Below, in pieces: positions 57,226-61,201 of a DNA stretch of 61,201 bases. The notes below the pieces were generated by a model, which saw only the letters and a program-made list of their open reading frames with translations, had not been told where the DNA came from and made no database searches. Source of the DNA: Edaphobacter sp. (GTDB lineage Bacteria > Acidobacteriota > Terriglobia > Terriglobales > Acidobacteriaceae); the NCBI RefSeq assembly GCF_035532915.1, contig NZ_DATKQC010000198.1, forward strand, positions 1-61,201. Reading direction: 5' to 3'. Both the position numbers and the translations under genes were made by a program. Position 1 is the stretch's first letter. Each line of letters starts with the position of its first letter.

Positions 57226-57795
57226 TTACGAGTTTGCGAGGGCGGACTCGATGGCGGCGACGACTGCGGGGTCGTCGGGCACGACTTCGGGGGAGAAGCG
57301 AGCCACAACGCTGCCGTTGCGGCCGACGAGGAACTTCTCGAAGTTCCAGAGGATGCCGGGCTCGGGGTTGGTGGTGGAGTTGTGCTTTTTGCCCAGGAAG
57401 CCATTGAGGTTCTCGCGCATAGCGGCGCGGCCGTCGCCGGTGGCTTTGGGCTGGGCTTCGATGAGGGACTTGTAGAGGGGATGGGTGTCGGGGCCGGTGA
57501 CGGCGATCTTGGAGAACATGGGAAAGTTGACGCCGAAGGTGCTGCGGCAGAAGCTCTGGATCTCCTCGTTGGTGCCGGGCTCCTGCGAGCCGAAGTCGTT
57601 GGCAGGAAAGCCGAGGACTTCGAGGCCGGAGTCCTTGAAGCGGGTGTAAAGCTTTTCGAGTGCGTCATATTGAGGAGTGAGGCCGCATTGCGAGGCCACG
57701 TTGACGACCAGCAGGACTTTGCCGCGATAGTCGGCGAGGGAGGCGGCTTCGCCGGTGATTCGGTTAAGGGGTACGTCGTAGAGATTTGCGGGCAT
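57226..57795 (-). CDS. Glutathione peroxidase family (BtuE-like, Cys-type)
   Basis: VNVASQCGLTPQY, LGFPANDFGSQEPG, WNFEKFLV. Confidence 0.95.
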   Translation of the reverse strand: MPANLYDVPLNRITGEAASLADYRGKVLLVVNVASQCGLTPQYDALEKLYTRFKDSGLEVLGFPANDFGSQEPGTNEEIQSFCRSTFGVNFPMFSKIAVTGPDTHPLYKSLIEAQPKATGDGRAAMRENLNGFLGKKHNSTTNPEPGILWNFEKFLVGRNGSVVARFSPEVVPDDPAVVAAIESALANS

Positions 57796-57889
57796 GGAAG
57801 CTCCTGAAGCTGGGTTATGATCTTCTATTTTGATGATAAAGGGATTGTATGTGGTTATTTTTTGACAAGCCGATGCAGCAAAAGAAGTT

Positions 57890-57916
57890 AGATGCGCGCT
57901 TTGACAAACGGGTTAC
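57890..57916 (-). promoter_or_regulatory. Putative ECF-sigma-type promoter
   Basis: Minus strand GTAACC-N15-GCATCT upstream of the peroxidase gene. Confidence 0.4.
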
Positions 57917-57928
57917 TATACAAAAACG

Positions 57929-59803
57929 ATGTCATTTGTAGACTCCCTTCTGGGGAAGCCGTTAGCAACAAGTGAAGAGCACGCCGAACATATCGGCGTA
58001 GCTGCGGGAATACCTATTTTTGGCCTGGACGCGCTGACGAGTGCAGCGTATGGACCAGAAGCAGCGATGACGCTGCTGATTCCGCTGGGTTTGGCGGGAC
58101 TTCACTACATCGTTCCGATCATTACCGCGATTCTGATATTGCTGGGGATTGTTTTCTTCAGCTATCTCCAGACGATCGCCGCTTATCCGAATGGTGGCGG
58201 ATCGTATACGGTGGCAAGCGAGAATCTGGGTACCGGTCCCTCTCTGCTGGCAGCCGCGGCGTTGATGATCGACTACATTCTGACGGCCGCGGTAGGCATT
58301 TCGGCCGGAGTGGCGGCCTTGATCTCGGCTTTCCCCAACCTGCAGTCAGACACCCTGCTGATCTGTTTGATCATTCTGGCGGTCCTCGCGGTTGTGAACC
58401 TGCGCGGTGTGAAGGAAGCTGGAGCGGCCTTCATCGCGCCCACTTTTCTGTTTGTCGGGACGTTGATGGTCTTGATTGGCGTGGGGGTTTATCACACGAT
58501 TTTGGCAGGCGGTCATCCCACCCCAATGGTGGCTCCTCCCCCGCCGCTGCCCGCGACCGTGAAGTATCTGGGACTGTGGCTGCTGCTGAAGTCATTTTCC
58601 AATGGGTGCGCAGCAATGACCGGCGTTGAGGCCGTTTCCAACGGAGTCACTGCCTTCAAGGAGCCCCGAGCGAAGAAGGCGCAGACAGCCCTTACGATCA
58701 TTATCGGAACACTGGTTGTGCTGCTGTTCGGGACTACGTATCTCGCCCGGGCCTACGGCATTACGGCAATGGAGCCGGATGCGGCCCACTACCAGACCAT
58801 GGTCAGCATCCTGACCTCGGCGGTATTCGGACGCGGATGGTTCTATTACCTGACCATGGGCGCGATCCTGCTGGCGCTTCCGATGAGTGCCAATACCGCC
58901 TTTTCCGACTTTCCCCGGCTGGCGCGCGCGATTGCGGCCCATGACTTTCTCCCGCATGTGTTTCTGCTGCGCGGACGCCGGTTGCTGTTTTCGCACGGCA
59001 TCTATGCCCTCACCGGATTTACCGCGGTCATTCTTTTTCTGTTCGACGGGGTTACGGACAAGTTGATCCCGCTTTATGCGATCGGCGCGTTTATTGCTTT
59101 TACGCTGTCCCAGACGGGGATGGTGGTGCACTGGAAGAATGCGGAAGGCGGCTATAAAAAACATTGGTGGCACATGTTCGTCAATGGCTTTGGCGCCCTC
59201 GCGACGGGTATTACGACGCTGGTCGTGCTGGTGACGAAGTTCATGTCCGGGGCGTGGGTGACGGCGATATTGATACCGGTGCTGATTCTGATCATGCTGG
59301 GGGTCAAGCGCCACTACTCGCGCGTGAAGCGAGAGATGAAGGACATGACGCCGGTCAACCTGATGAACCTGGAGCAGCCGATCGTGGTGATTCCGATGGC
59401 TCGGTGGGACCGGGTGACGGAGAAGGCATTGCGGTTCGGTCTGCTGCTCTCGCAGGAGATCAAGGCGGTGCACATTCACTCGGACGACGAGGGCGATGAA
59501 GGCCTTGATGGTGTGTGGGAGGAAAAGGTGGCAATCCCTATCCAGAAAGAGGGGATGAAGGTGCCGGAGTTGGTGACGATATCATCCAACTATCGGTTTG
59601 TGCTCGGCCCGCTGATGGACTACATCCTGAAGCTGGAGGATGAGAATCCTGGGCGGAAGGTCGCGGTCATTCTGCCTGAGATGGTCGTGGCGCACTGGTG
59701 GGAGAATGCGCTGCATGGACAACGGGTTCAACTGCTGAAGCTGATGCTGCTGCTGAAGGGGAACCAGAGAATCGTGATCGTGAACATTCCCTGGTATCTG
59801 TGA
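57929..59803 (+). CDS. APC-superfamily permease, KimA/YdaO-like
   Basis: DALTSAAYGPE, AYPNGGGSY, DYILT, GCAAMTGVEAVSNG, LIPLYAIG, cytoplasmic WWENALH domain. Confidence 0.88.
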   Translation: MSFVDSLLGKPLATSEEHAEHIGVAAGIPIFGLDALTSAAYGPEAAMTLLIPLGLAGLHYIVPIITAILILLGIVFFSYLQTIAAYPNGGGSYTVASENLGTGPSLLAAAALMIDYILTAAVGISAGVAALISAFPNLQSDTLLICLIILAVLAVVNLRGVKEAGAAFIAPTFLFVGTLMVLIGVGVYHTILAGGHPTPMVAPPPPLPATVKYLGLWLLLKSFSNGCAAMTGVEAVSNGVTAFKEPRAKKAQTALTIIIGTLVVLLFGTTYLARAYGITAMEPDAAHYQTMVSILTSAVFGRGWFYYLTMGAILLALPMSANTAFSDFPRLARAIAAHDFLPHVFLLRGRRLLFSHGIYALTGFTAVILFLFDGVTDKLIPLYAIGAFIAFTLSQTGMVVHWKNAEGGYKKHWWHMFVNGFGALATGITTLVVLVTKFMSGAWVTAILIPVLILIMLGVKRHYSRVKREMKDMTPVNLMNLEQPIVVIPMARWDRVTEKALRFGLLLSQEIKAVHIHSDDEGDEGLDGVWEEKVAIPIQKEGMKVPELVTISSNYRFVLGPLMDYILKLEDENPGRKVAVILPEMVVAHWWENALHGQRVQLLKLMLLLKGNQRIVIVNIPWYL

Positions 59804-59817
59804 GGCCGGTAGAGAGA

Positions 59818-59903
59818 TTGGTCGGGCCTTCAACCCTCATCGTTTGGTAGACCGCAGGCCTGGGCCGATGGCGCAGGCGCGTATGGCCCGCGCCCTTGGT
59901 GCT
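59818..59903. repeat. Degenerate multi-hairpin REP-like element between convergent genes
   Basis: GGGCCTTCAACCC, CCTGGGCCGATGGCGCAGG and GCGCCCTTGGTGC short imperfect hairpins. Confidence 0.4.
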
Positions 59904-59952
59904 TGATACGACTCTTGGTAAACGAACAGCTTGTGGAAATGCTGTGCTTGAT

Positions 59953-61140
59953 CTAGGCGACGGCTGCGGCAGTGTTGTGCCAGGTCGGGCTGAGGTCGCG
60001 CAGGCGGGCTACAGCGGTGGGAATGAGCTTGAGAGCTTCGTCGACTTCTTCCTCGGTGGTGAGCTTTGAGAGCGAGAAGCGGATGCTGGCGCGAGCACGG
60101 GCCGGGCTGAGCCCCATGGCGGTGAGGACGTGCGAGGGCTCGGTGGCGCCGGACTGGCAAGCGCTGCCTCCGCTGACGGAGAGGCCCTTGAGATCGAGCG
60201 CTATGACGAGGGCTTCGGCTTCGACGTGGTCGAAGTAGAGGTTGGTGGTGTTGGCTACGCGAGGCGCGCTCTCGCCGTTGATGCCGCACTCTTCTACCTG
60301 TGCGAGGATGCCTTGTTCGAGGCGATCACGCAGAGCCGCGAGGTGAGCGGGGCCATCCGTCGCCAGCCATGCTTGTGCGAGTTCGGCGGCTTTGCCTAGT
60401 CCGACGACTCCGGTGACGTTTTCTGTTCCGGCGCGACGCTGGCGCTCGTGCGTGCCTCCGTGCATCATGGGCGCGAGACGGACGCTGCGGCGGACGAAGA
60501 GGACTCCGATGCCTTTGGGTGCGTGAATTTTGTGGCCGGAGATGCTTAGCAGGTCAACGTCTTTGAGCGGGCCGCGCGGGCTGAGGTCGAGCGGCAGCTT
60601 GCCTGCGGCCTGGACGGCGTCGGTGTGGAAGAGTGCGGCTTCAGAATTGGCGTGCGTGATGCGGGCGAGTTCGGCGATGCGTTGGACGACGCCGGTCTCG
60701 TTGTTCGCGTACATGATGCTGACTAATTTTGTGTTGGGGCGGAGGGCGGCTTCGAGCGCGGCGGGTTCGATGAGTCCCTGAGGTGTGCAGGGGAGGAAGG
60801 TGACCTCGATGTTTCGTGCGGCAAGCGATTCGGCGGCGTGAAGGACGGCGTGATGCTCGATGGAGGTGGTGATGAGGTGCGAGCCTTCAGACAAGGTGCC
60901 GAAGAGGGCGAGGTTGTCGCTCTCGGTGCCGCCGGACGTGAAGACGATCTCTGAGGCGCGGCAGTGGAGGAGCTTGGCGACGGACTCGCGGGCGTGATCG
61001 ACGGCGGCGCGAGCGTACTGGCCCTGCTGATGGATGGAGCTGGCGTTGCCGAAGTGCTCGATCCAGAAGGGGCGCATGGCCTCGAAGACTTCGGGGAGAA
61101 GAGGGGTGGTGGCGTTCGCGTCCATGTAGATAGGTCGCAT
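59953..61140 (-). CDS. iscS: Cysteine desulfurase (IscS/NifS family)
   Basis: YMDANATTP, GNASSIH, FTSGGTESDN, HTDAVQA, SGHK (PLP Lys), SGGSAC (catalytic Cys). Confidence 0.9.
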   Translation of the reverse strand: MRPIYMDANATTPLLPEVFEAMRPFWIEHFGNASSIHQQGQYARAAVDHARESVAKLLHCRASEIVFTSGGTESDNLALFGTLSEGSHLITTSIEHHAVLHAAESLAARNIEVTFLPCTPQGLIEPAALEAALRPNTKLVSIMYANNETGVVQRIAELARITHANSEAALFHTDAVQAAGKLPLDLSPRGPLKDVDLLSISGHKIHAPKGIGVLFVRRSVRLAPMMHGGTHERQRRAGTENVTGVVGLGKAAELAQAWLATDGPAHLAALRDRLEQGILAQVEECGINGESAPRVANTTNLYFDHVEAEALVIALDLKGLSVSGGSACQSGATEPSHVLTAMGLSPARARASIRFSLSKLTTEEEVDEALKLIPTAVARLRDLSPTWHNTAAAVA

Positions 61141-61201
61141 GGGTTTATTTTACTGCTCCTGCCTTCTTGTTTTGATGCATGGGCTTACGTCGGCGACTCG
61201 T

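Noticed and set aside
57862-57906. Two TTGACA hexamers as -35 elements for the KimA-like gene
   Set aside because: Neither has a -10 at 16-18 nt; TACTAT at 57914 is only 7 nt from the second.
52642-59803. K+ homeostasis island linking kdp, the antiporter and the KimA-like permease
   Set aside because: The genes are up to 50 kb apart with unrelated housekeeping genes between them, and no shared regulatory motif was seen.

Overview
A GC-rich bacterial chromosome segment whose gene content and repeats point to Acidobacteriota (Acidobacteriaceae-like; an inference). Most of it is housekeeping: a kdp K+ uptake cluster (kinase-less kdpD, kdpE, an extra small membrane peptide, kdpFABC), a large TonB-dependent receptor next to a decayed GH2 remnant, ispD/ispF, ctpA, a surA-like PPIase, a yhaM-like nuclease, cfa, aroC-def-fmt-rsmB, menG/ubiE, aroB, nadB, a GH57 branching enzyme, mnmA, a cysteine desulfurase, several peptidases and transporters, and tRNA-Ala(CGC), tRNA-Gly(CCC) and tRNA-Leu(TAG). 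The most unusual signals are non-coding. (1) Two copies of an AT-rich intergenic element (32502-32803 and 50784-51004), each with tandem 26-bp units GCAAARTMTT-N11-RSTTA that have variable cores, a shared 39-bp promoter-like block and a shared GGGGCTTGACA end. (2) A GxxExxY-type PD-(D/E)XK nuclease remnant inside 33-bp terminal inverted repeats between ispD and ispF, plus a gene-less miniature of the same element after nadB, resembling a REPIN/MITE pair with a non-RAYT enzyme. (3) A palindromic repeat inserted in frame in menG, with a compensatory stem change relative to an intergenic copy. (4) At least nine genes with a -10 hexamer 6-7 nt before the start codon, suggesting widespread leaderless mRNAs. 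No CRISPR array, rRNA, intact transposase or integrase was seen. All calls are by eye; no searches were run.
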